From Bacteroidales bacterium (GTDB taxonomy: Bacteria; Bacteroidota; Bacteroidia; Bacteroidales; P3), in NCBI GenBank assembly GCA_031272245.1, contig JAISUE010000080.1, forward strand, positions 1-60,440: a DNA stretch of 60,440 nt, read 5' to 3'. Of the stretch, positions 28,599 to 37,600 are shown piece by piece (within the stretch, counting starts at the first letter, position 1; each line of letters opens with the position of its first letter). The position numbers were made by a program, and so were the translations under genes. The notes beneath the pieces were generated by a model that worked only from the letters and a program-made list of their open reading frames with translations, was not told where the DNA came from and did not search any database.

Positions 28599-29192
28599 TT
28601 ATTCGTTTACTGTCTGATTTCCATGAGGATGAAGAATTACAACACTATCCATCGTTTCATTTGTTTCTAAACCATCACCATAATCTATACCTGTAGCACT
28701 TTGACGGCGAACATATTTTTGTGTGTAAATACGTTTGGTTTCACTTTCCCATATTAAATCTTCGCAAAAGATAGTATCTTTATTATTATAATTTACTATG
28801 CGAACGTTTTTCTTTAATATAAAATCATTGGAAGGACGAGTGTTTATAACATAATCGGCGGTTAAAACAGATTTAACCGACATGTCTTTATTAAAAAAAA
28901 CAGCTTTTGCCCCTTGTGGAAATTCCATTTTTCCACTGTCTCCTGCATAATTGTTAATCAAAGGTGCAAAAATTTCTATATCAACTTCAGCATTTGAAGA
29001 ACGATAAATATGAGCATCCTTAATTACATTTACAGGTTTATTAACTAAAGTTTTTTCTCCGTCAGGATTTAAGCCGTTATTACAAGCAGAGAATAAAAAT
29101 AAAACATACAATAAATATAATGGCGTTATTATTTTACTATTTTGAAAAAACAATAACGCCAAGTGTTTAAGTGATTTATTTTCAAATTTCAT
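28599..29192 (-). CDS. lptC: LptC-like LPS export periplasmic protein (lipoprotein form)
   Basis: About 197 aa. Lipobox LFSACN, OstA/LptC-like beta-jellyroll pattern, and the usual Bacteroidota context after a TPR protein. Its start overlaps the upstream stop (TAATG). Confidence 0.55.
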   Translation of the reverse strand: MKFENKSLKHLALLFFQNSKIITPLYLLYVLFLFSACNNGLNPDGEKTLVNKPVNVIKDAHIYRSSNAEVDIEIFAPLINNYAGDSGKMEFPQGAKAVFFNKDMSVKSVLTADYVINTRPSNDFILKKNVRIVNYNNKDTIFCEDLIWESETKRIYTQKYVRRQSATGIDYGDGLETNETMDSVVILHPHGNQTVNE

Positions 29193-30553
29193 TATTTGCC
29201 TCTAATGATAGTTGATTTTCCTATCCAGCAACCAACAGAATAACTATGCCCCTCGGTTAATCCTACAAAAAATATATCTTTTTTTTGCGGGAATTGTGCA
29301 TATGCACGGTTCATAAGACTTTTTGCTTTTTCGGCAATTTCAGGATAATTGTTCTGTATTTTATTTGCTTCGTCCCATGCTACCCAAGCTGCACCGCGAA
29401 TTTTCCCTTCATGTGTAGCACATGAAGCAGAGCTTGCATAATATAACTCTGCTACAAATAATGCTGCTTCTCCTGTTGCGGTCTTATCTAATTCTCCCCA
29501 TTTGTTAGCTGCGGTTCTTGCGTCTGAATATCTGTCAGCTCCTTTATAAGCGTTAGCTAATGCTTTTGCAGCTCTTGCTTTACTGATATTATCCTTGTAA
29601 GTATTCATTGCTTCTTCCAAATATTTTGCAGATTCTGTGTATTGACCTTTTGACATAAGCATAACACCCATCATATAAGCTGTTTTTGCAGAAGGTTCTA
29701 CTTGATGAAGCTTTTCTGTTGCAGAGAAAAATAAAGGACTGTTGGTGCAACCTTTACGTTCTAAAGTAGTAGTTATTTTCTTTAATAAATTAATATCTTG
29801 AGGATTTACATCAAATTTCGTTTGATAAATAGGAATTATTCTATCACAAGAAGCATAAGGTTCAATATAAGTTTCGCATGTAGTAGCATAAGACTGAATA
29901 TCTGCTTTTTCTTTATTCAATGTCTTTATACTTTTCTTTGCTGCTTCAGTTTTTTCTATTTCCTGTTCAATGTTAATCAATGCATTATCACAAAGTTCAG
30001 ATGTATAATCATAAACATCAAAAAGCAACCCCAGATTTTCTACATCTCCTGTACTCTTAATATATAGTAAAGTTGCTTCTAAATACAAAGGAGCATAAAG
30101 AGGAGCAAGATTTTCTTTTCCTTTTTCTGCCGCAAGTTTGTATAATTCATATATTTCAGTAACTTTTTCTGGATAGTAAGAAGAAATATCTCTTGCCTTT
30201 TGAGCAATATTGTTAGCTTCATCTCCAAAATACTCTGTCCTTTGATTAGAGAGCTCTAACAATTCATCAATGTATTTAGACCTTTCTGTTGTATTTGTAG
30301 ATGCGTCAATCATTGTTTTAATGATAGTTCTTCCTTTTATGTAGTCATTAACGTGGCGAGCAGGACAGACTTTCATCATTTTTTTCCATGGTTCATAACA
30401 TTCCTTAAAGCTATTTTGCTTGTACAATTCATTGTAAACGGAATAGTTTATTATGCAATCTACACTATCCTGAGGAGTCGCTCCATATTTTTGAGCAAAA
30501 ACGGCATTTGCCGCAAACGCTAAAATAGCGATTAATAAATATGTTTTTTTCAT
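29192..30553 (-). CDS. secreted TPR-like helical repeat protein
   Basis: Signal peptide MKKTYLLIAILAFAANAVFAQ. All-helical, repeat-like sequence with A/Y/L-rich TPR-style helices. Confidence 0.6.
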   Translation of the reverse strand: MKKTYLLIAILAFAANAVFAQKYGATPQDSVDCIINYSVYNELYKQNSFKECYEPWKKMMKVCPARHVNDYIKGRTIIKTMIDASTNTTERSKYIDELLELSNQRTEYFGDEANNIAQKARDISSYYPEKVTEIYELYKLAAEKGKENLAPLYAPLYLEATLLYIKSTGDVENLGLLFDVYDYTSELCDNALINIEQEIEKTEAAKKSIKTLNKEKADIQSYATTCETYIEPYASCDRIIPIYQTKFDVNPQDINLLKKITTTLERKGCTNSPLFFSATEKLHQVEPSAKTAYMMGVMLMSKGQYTESAKYLEEAMNTYKDNISKARAAKALANAYKGADRYSDARTAANKWGELDKTATGEAALFVAELYYASSASCATHEGKIRGAAWVAWDEANKIQNNYPEIAEKAKSLMNRAYAQFPQKKDIFFVGLTEGHSYSVGCWIGKSTIIRGK

Positions 30554-30574
30554 TTAATTTAAATATATTAGTTA

Positions 30575-31921
30575 TTATTGATATTTTCTCTTAAAAAACC
30601 ATCTGTCTTTTGCAGATAAAGACAAACCAATGCGAAAAAAGTTTTCCCGTATTAGATTATCATTAGTTGTACCTCTTATTCCATATTCAAAAGACATATT
30701 TATCAATGTTGAAGATTTCTTAATTGGTAAACCAAATCCTGCAGCAATACTGTATTGGTTTATTCTGTTATTATTAAGGAATAAGTATCCATTGTCATAA
30801 TTGAATCCTACTCTGTAAATTATTTGTTTCAGATAATTACCATAAATATCCGGTGTAAATTCTCCTCCTATTCCAATATTAAAATTATCTTTCATATATT
30901 CATTTACTTCATCTTCCCGTAATTTGAACTCTGACCATTTGGTAAAAAGAATGTCCATTCCAATAAGAAATTTGTGAGGTTTTTCATAACTTAAACCTAT
31001 TCCAAATGATTGCGGAAAAGTTACTGAATTATAATTTGTATCACTGTAAACAACATCTTTAGTTGAGGTTGTACCATTGGATATTACATAAGTAAAATAT
31101 TGAGATGTATCTTTGTATTTCAGTGATAATGGTTGAATAAAAGAACCACCTATACCTAATTTATCTCCGTTGTTAAAAGTATGAAAGTATTGAAAGCCGA
31201 AGTTAAAATTAAAATTATTGATATAGAAAGAATGTTTTTTTTCCGTATTGAATAAGGTTGAATCTATAAAATTATCTCTCAAAATGCTGTCGGTATTATC
31301 GTAAAATATAACACCAGTGCTTTTTATATACGAACCAAACAAATACTCCACATTAAGACCAAGAGAAAATTTATCTTTTGGAAGGTCAAAATCATAAGCA
31401 GCACCAAGTAAAACTTTATTTAATCCACCTTCTCCGCCGTAAAAATTGCGGTAATATTTTGTCAAAACAGATGTATCCCTTATTACTTCTACAGGAATTA
31501 ACTGAGACGTTGTATAATAAACATTTGACATTGGAATTAATCCTACTGCCATTTTCAAATGATTGTTAATAGGAAATGCCATTGTAATATGAGATAATGC
31601 TCCATTTATGCTGTTTGCTTTGCGAGATACAGTAGATAATGAAAGAAAATCCATATAGAACCCAACATCAAACACAAAACTCATAGTATCTATTCCGCTA
31701 TAAGATGCTGGATTTTTCAGATTTATCAAATTATTTTTACGAAAAGCATAACCAACATTTCCTAATGATGAATATACTGCATTGGAGAAAACATTAGTAT
31801 TTCCTATACCATAATGAGAATATGGTGAAGAAATAGTTGTTTGTGCTTTGATATTGCTTATACTTACGCCTGATAACAGGCAAAAAGTGGCAAGTAATAT
31901 GTTAATTATTCGTTTTTGCAT
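30575..31921 (-). CDS. outer-membrane beta-barrel protein (porin / FadL-like), function unknown
   Basis: Signal peptide ending IKAQ. SPYSHYGIGN N-terminal motif. Alternating hydrophobic beta-strand pattern with Gly/Tyr/Asn-rich loops throughout. Confidence 0.6.
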   Translation of the reverse strand: MQKRIINILLATFCLLSGVSISNIKAQTTISSPYSHYGIGNTNVFSNAVYSSLGNVGYAFRKNNLINLKNPASYSGIDTMSFVFDVGFYMDFLSLSTVSRKANSINGALSHITMAFPINNHLKMAVGLIPMSNVYYTTSQLIPVEVIRDTSVLTKYYRNFYGGEGGLNKVLLGAAYDFDLPKDKFSLGLNVEYLFGSYIKSTGVIFYDNTDSILRDNFIDSTLFNTEKKHSFYINNFNFNFGFQYFHTFNNGDKLGIGGSFIQPLSLKYKDTSQYFTYVISNGTTSTKDVVYSDTNYNSVTFPQSFGIGLSYEKPHKFLIGMDILFTKWSEFKLREDEVNEYMKDNFNIGIGGEFTPDIYGNYLKQIIYRVGFNYDNGYLFLNNNRINQYSIAAGFGLPIKKSSTLINMSFEYGIRGTTNDNLIRENFFRIGLSLSAKDRWFFKRKYQ

Positions 31922-32636
31922 TATTTATAATATTGTTTAGACCATAAAGGACTAAGTTTTTCTCTATTTTATGTTTCACATTTATATTGTTAGATAAAAA
32001 TTCAGCGTCACCTCCTGTTAAAATAACATTTAATTGAGGAAAATTCTGTTTGTATCTCTTAATTATGCCTTCAATTTCTGCAATTGTTCCATTGATAACA
32101 CCGGATAAAATAGAATTTTGGGTTGAATTTCCAATAAGTTCTGCTGATTTTATCACATCTAATAACGGCAAATTTGCTGTAAAATTATGTAAGGCTGCAA
32201 ATTTCATTTTGAGGCCACAAGAAATACTACCTCCAAAATACTCTTTGGTTTTGTTAATAAAATCAAAAGTAATACATGATCCACAGTCTATAACTAATAA
32301 ATCTGTTTGAGGATAAAGATTTTCTGCACCAATGATTGCTGCTAATCTGTCTTCTCCAAGAGTTTTAGTGGTTTGATAAAGCATTTTGATTGATGTTTGT
32401 AAATTTTTGCGGTCAAAAACTTTATAATTTAATTTGAGAAAAGATATAATTTCTTTCTTATTATTGTTATTTCCAACCGAAGAATAAATAGCATTGATTA
32501 TTTGTGAATAAGAATGTTTAATGGTTTTCAAAATTTCAACAGAAAGATTATTGTAGTTAGAACAAAAAACTATTCTGTTATTTTGAAAAACTGCTACTTT
32601 ATCTTGAGTATTTCCTCTATCAATTACTAAATTCAT
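31902..32636 (-). CDS. coaX: type III pantothenate kinase
   Basis: LVIDRGNT, GEDRLAAIIGA, DCGSCITFD and LTGGDA motifs. Confidence 0.85.
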   Translation of the reverse strand: MNLVIDRGNTQDKVAVFQNNRIVFCSNYNNLSVEILKTIKHSYSQIINAIYSSVGNNNNKKEIISFLKLNYKVFDRKNLQTSIKMLYQTTKTLGEDRLAAIIGAENLYPQTDLLVIDCGSCITFDFINKTKEYFGGSISCGLKMKFAALHNFTANLPLLDVIKSAELIGNSTQNSILSGVINGTIAEIEGIIKRYKQNFPQLNVILTGGDAEFLSNNINVKHKIEKNLVLYGLNNIINNAKTNN

Positions 32637-33692
32637 TTAAATTATTAGCATTGCATCTCCATAAGTAAGGAATTTGTATTTTTCCTTTACCGCCTCTTTG
32701 TAGGCATCCATTATCAAATTATAACCACCAAAAGCACAAACCATCATTAACATTGGAGAAAGAGGATGATGAAAATTAGTTATCATAGCATCTGCTATTT
32801 TGAATTCATGGGGAGGGAAAATAAATTTGTTAGTCCAACCTGAAAAAGGATTAACTTTTGCAGTGATACTTACTGCTGTTTCCAAAGCTTTCATAGTGGT
32901 TGTTCCCACAACACATATATTATGTTTATTTTCTTTAGCTGTGTTAATAATATTGGCTGTTTCTTCCGTTATAAACATTTCTTCGGAAGATGGTTTATGT
33001 TTGCTTAAATCTTCAACTTCAATAGGAGCAAAGTTTCCCAAAGAATTATGTAAGGTAACGAATGCTGTATCTATTCCTTTGACCTCCATTTTTTTCATTA
33101 AAATCTTACTAAAATGCAGCCCTGCCGTTGGTGCAGCAACAGCTCCTTCGTTTTTTGCAAAAATTGTTTGATACCTTTCTGCATCTTCCGGTGTAACTTT
33201 TCTTTGCATAAGAACATCGTCAGGCAAAGGAGTAACGCCAAGTTTATGGATTAAGGTATAAAATTCTTCATTTGTCCCGTCAAAAAGAAATCGCATAGTA
33301 CGTCCTCTTGACGTTGTGTTATCAATAACTTCACCGATTATTTCAGAATTTTCTCCAAAAAATATTTTGTTTCCTATTCGTATTTTACGGGCAGGATCAA
33401 CCAAAACATCCCAAAGCCTTGTTTCCGCATTTATTTCTCTTAAAAGAAAAACTTCAATCATTGCATTTGTTTTTTCTTTTTCCCCAAAAAGCCGTGCAGG
33501 AAAAACTTTAGTATCGTTCATAACAAATAAATCGCCTTCATCAAAGTAATCAATAACTTCTTTGAAAACTTTATGCTCTATAAGTTTTGTTTTGCGATTA
33601 ACCACTAATAAGCGAGCTTCATCTCTTTCTTTTGAAGGAGTTGAAGCTATCAATTCCTGAGGTAAATTGTACTTAAATTTTGATAATTTCAT
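32637..33692 (-). CDS. queA: S-adenosylmethionine:tRNA ribosyltransferase-isomerase
   Basis: [16 protein letters not shown]...[27 protein letters not shown]. Confidence 0.9.
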   Translation of the reverse strand: MKLSKFKYNLPQELIASTPSKERDEARLLVVNRKTKLIEHKVFKEVIDYFDEGDLFVMNDTKVFPARLFGEKEKTNAMIEVFLLREINAETRLWDVLVDPARKIRIGNKIFFGENSEIIGEVIDNTTSRGRTMRFLFDGTNEEFYTLIHKLGVTPLPDDVLMQRKVTPEDAERYQTIFAKNEGAVAAPTAGLHFSKILMKKMEVKGIDTAFVTLHNSLGNFAPIEVEDLSKHKPSSEEMFITEETANIINTAKENKHNICVVGTTTMKALETAVSITAKVNPFSGWTNKFIFPPHEFKIADAMITNFHHPLSPMLMMVCAFGGYNLIMDAYKEAVKEKYKFLTYGDAMLII

Positions 33693-33736
33693 ATTTTTAA
33701 TTTCTTATATTTCACTTTAACGTCTTTATAATGTTT

Positions 33737-34261
33737 TTATTTTATTCTTCCTGCACAGCGATAATGTTGTTTCCAATATTTGTCTTCTAAATTAGAAATA
33801 ATAACACCTTTTGACGTGGAAGAGTGAATGAATTGATTGTTCTCCAAATAAACTCCTACATGATTTATATTTCCTGTTTTGTCTTGAAAAAACACTATAT
33901 CGCCTGTTTGTATGGAGTCTTTGTTAGCAATTACATTAACTGCAAAAATCATATCTGCAGAGCGTCTGGGTAATGTTACATTATACAAATCGCGATAAAA
34001 ACAAAAAACAAATCCTGAACAATCAACGCCTTTTCTGCTCAATCCGCCAAATTTATACGGAGAACCAAGCCACAGGTTACAATAATGAGTTAAAGTATCA
34101 TTGTTTTTATTTTCGGTTGATTTTTTTTCCTGATTAGAATCAAATAACCTTTCAGGCAACTTTTTTTGTGTGGCACAACTTGCCAACATTATCAAAGACA
34201 AAATTAAAATTGCTAAAATTATGTTTTTCACTTTGCAAAGATAACATTTTAATTGTTTCAA
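33737..34261 (-). CDS. NlpC/P60 (C40) peptidoglycan hydrolase lipoprotein
   Basis: Lipobox MLASC. GSPYKFGGLSRKGVDCSGFV (catalytic Cys) and HVGVY (His). The track start is TTG, so the exact start is uncertain. Confidence 0.8.
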   Translation of the reverse strand: MKQLKCYLCKVKNIILAILILSLIMLASCATQKKLPERLFDSNQEKKSTENKNNDTLTHYCNLWLGSPYKFGGLSRKGVDCSGFVFCFYRDLYNVTLPRRSADMIFAVNVIANKDSIQTGDIVFFQDKTGNINHVGVYLENNQFIHSSTSKGVIISNLEDKYWKQHYRCAGRIK

Positions 34262-34435
34262 TATTAGTGTTCAACAAAAATTAATTTTATTTATGGTGGT
34301 AATTTTTTGGGATTCAAAACTATTATAAAGAAGTTTATTTGCTCTGTTTTAATGATTGCAAAAACACAAATTATAATTGCCCATTTAAATCCACATTTTT
34401 GTCCATTATGCCACATTTTTTGAATTTACAATAAT

Positions 34436-34498
34436 AATGTTTTGACTTTTGTAACAAATGTTTTGAAGTTTGCAGTAAATATTTTGAAATTTGTAACA
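34436..34498. repeat. three tandem 21-bp repeats (AATGTTTTGACTTTTGTAACA / AATGTTTTGAAGTTTGCAGTA / AATATTTTGAAATTTGTAACA)
   Basis: Read directly. Preceded by two CCACATTTTT copies 20 bp apart (34391, 34411). Lies between the 1665-aa gene's terminator and the nlpC/P60 start. Confidence 0.8.
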
Positions 34499-34581
34499 GA
34501 TATTGTACGAGGGGTAATGATTGTTACAATAATCTAAAAATCATAAATTATGTTTAATCGGCAAATTTTAATACAATATAA

Positions 34582-34626
34582 ATATCTTTGCTTACAAAAG
34601 AACTTTTTCTCTGTAAGCAAAGATAT
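34582..34626 (-). terminator. terminator hairpin of the 1665-aa gene
   Basis: Perfect 15-bp inverted repeat ATATCTTTGCTTACA / TGTAAGCAAAGATAT with a 15-nt loop, about 47 nt after the stop at 34673. Confidence 0.6.
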
Positions 34627-34672
34627 ATTTATAAAGTTTTAGGTTTTGCATGTATAGAAGGAGTGATACAAT

Positions 34673-37600
34673 CTAATAAGAGTTTTTTGTTATTATTAGT
34701 TTGGATGTTTTATTTATTTCGTTGTTGAGTAATCTGACACTATAAACTCCTGAATTAAAGTTTTTAACATTTATTAGTTTTGTTTGATTATTAGCATCAA
34801 TGTTGGAGACATAAACAGTTTTGCCGGTTAAATCTGTAATTATTATTTGTGCATTGGAAGTTAACCCACTAACTGATATAACAACGGTTTTGCTTGCGGG
34901 ATTTGGAAATATTTCAAGAGAAACATTTTCAATAGAAACATCGGAAATATTATTGCAAGAAAATGATTTAGATGTTCCATAAATATACTGATTGTTTTGT
35001 GTGCGAGCAAAGGCGTTGAAATAATAAGTTAAATTCGGGTCTAAATCAAATGCGTAACCTATAATATTAGGAAGATATACATCTGAACCTATTGGGCTTC
35101 CGTTGTCTATTGTTAAATTTGTATCAGTGCCAATGAGAATACCAAACTCTGCAGCTATCGGATAACCTGCATTTAATACAAAACAATAAAAAGTAGCTTC
35201 ACCGCAAGTTTCGTCAAATGTCATAGAATCGGTTCTTACTTCCGGAGAAACAGGTGTTGGTTCAGGAGTAGAAAAAGTAACATTAACCCAATTTGAGTAG
35301 GTTTCGTTTCCGCAAACGCTTCGTACGTAAGCAAAATAATTAACATTAGGTTCAAGATTGTTGAATGTGTAATAAGGATTATAAACATCTACAGTATCAC
35401 CATTGTTGATTTTTACTTGCCATAGATAAGTATCAGGAGCAGGTGTCCATGTAATTGTTGCTGTAGATGGGGTTACTGTTCCGGAAAGAGCTACCGCTGT
35501 TGGTTCTTCACAAATGAATGGTAATTCGCAAACAGGAGTTTGAAAAGAAAATACAAGATGATTAGATGTAAAGTTTATCATACTTCCTGCTGCAGCAGAG
35601 AAAATATTTGTATCCGTCGGTGAAATTAAATCAAAGGCAATATCTTCAAAATAAATACCTCCATACCAAAACAGTTCTGTTGACACTTCCGGACATAGAT
35701 TTACTGTAAAAGTATCTACAGTTAAATGTTGAGCGTAATGATTTATAGCTCTTATAGTGTCAACTGTTAATCCATTTTGTTTTATAACTAAAAATCCATC
35801 GTCCCATCCATCTCCGTATCCATCTTTTGCAAAAAAAGTATATTGACATAGATTTTCTTCTTCACATGTTTTAGTTGTAAATTGACATAGCAGTCTATAA
35901 CTGCGATCTATTCCGCAATTAGATTGGACATATACGTCATAATTTGTTGCAGGAGTTAATCCATTGATTTGATATATCGTAATATTAGACGATGACGTAT
36001 CACCAACGTCAATAGATGTAGCAGAAGAATCATTAGGGTTAAAGCCGGTAATGCCATAAGTAATAATGTAATCGGTAGCATCGGTTGATTCTTGAAAAGA
36101 AATTTGCGCAGAAGTAGATGTAATACTTGTGGAAAGCACTTCAAATTGAGAAACAGTAGGACATGATGTTTGAGTTGTAAAAGTAAGAGTTGGTCCCCAT
36201 GAGGTTGTTCCTTCATAATAACAGAAAGGACGCACCCATACATTATAAGTAGTGGCTGAGTTTAAACCATTAAGACTAAATGTAGAAGAAGCTATTGAAA
36301 AAACATTATTTTCATCAGGTGCATTTATTGTAGAGGCATCGCCAAAAGTATATTCCCATGTATTATGTGAACTATCACTGTCAGAAAAATGAATTATAGC
36401 TGAATCAAAAGATATGTCTGTTGCAGACATATTTGTAATAAAACTGCAATTAGAACCAGCAATATAAATATTATCAACAGCAGCAGGAGGATTTTCTCCA
36501 TCATAATAATTACAATAAAACATAAATACAAGTTTTTTCATAGTGTTTTCAAGCATGCTACTATTGAAAATAAAATTTTCATGTACCCAATTATTAGTAT
36601 CGTAATAAGCTTCACCTATTTTTATAATATTTGTATCTGTAAACCAATTTTCAGATGCGTGCCATGATGTAGGGATTTCCATAGAGATAGGAAAAAGATA
36701 TACTTCCATTCTGTCGTAAATAGAATCTTGAGCTTTGCATTTCCAGTCAAAAGCAAGATTATAATTAGAAAAACCTGTATCAAAACTTACTCTTGCCCAT
36801 GCAATAGCAAAAGTTTCTGTATGAGAATATGCGTAAGAATTTCCCCCATCATTTGTAATGTAAAGAGACTTGCCAGTGTTTCCTGTTGCATTACCAATAA
36901 ACCATGTATTTATGCTGTTGGAATACAGATTCCATTCGGATGTATTATTTTCAAAGTTTTGAAAATATGGCAAAGTTGCAGTGTTGGAGTGAGAAGGTAA
37001 AGTTATTTCAATAGGATTTGTCCATGTTCCTCCGCAAGTACTTCTTATTGCAAAGGAATAGGTTTCTCCTTCAAGGAGATTATTTGATATGATGTAAGGA
37101 AAACTGTCAGTTGTTGTATTAACATTCAGCAATGTTGCTGAAGAAGTGTCAAACATATCGGCAGAAGTTTGTGAATATGCTACAATCCAGCTGTTATTAT
37201 TTGTTGTGTTCCAATTCAAAATTGCTTCTGTAAAGTTATTTACGACAGCAGTAAAGTTGTACACATCAGGACATGATGGAATTTCCGAGATTTCAATGTC
37301 ATCTATCCATATATAAGTGTTGCCTGTTTCATAAGGAGAAGGGATAGAAGCAAAAGCTATGTACTTTCCTTGATTTGCAGGATTGGAAATGCTGTAAGTA
37401 TTCAGCATTATTTCTTTTTGCTCCCAAGTATTAGCTGTAGAAATGTTTAATGTATCACCAATTCCCACAAATGTTGTCCAGTCATTAGGGTCAGTCATTA
37501 TGCCAATTCTGATATATGCAGCGATGGTATCAGTATAACGCATCTTTAATTTAACTCTTAAAGTTGTTATATCAACAGAATTATCAAGTGGAGGTGCTAT

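Noticed and set aside
30575-31921. OM beta-barrel as a PorV/PorP-type T9SS component
   Set aside because: Its context (coaX-OMP-TPR-lptC, translationally linked) points to an envelope/LPS role, and I saw no PorV/PorP-specific motifs. The function is left unassigned.
32050-33549. + strand ORFs of 77-123 aa inside coaX and queA
   Set aside because: They are antisense to well-supported housekeeping genes.
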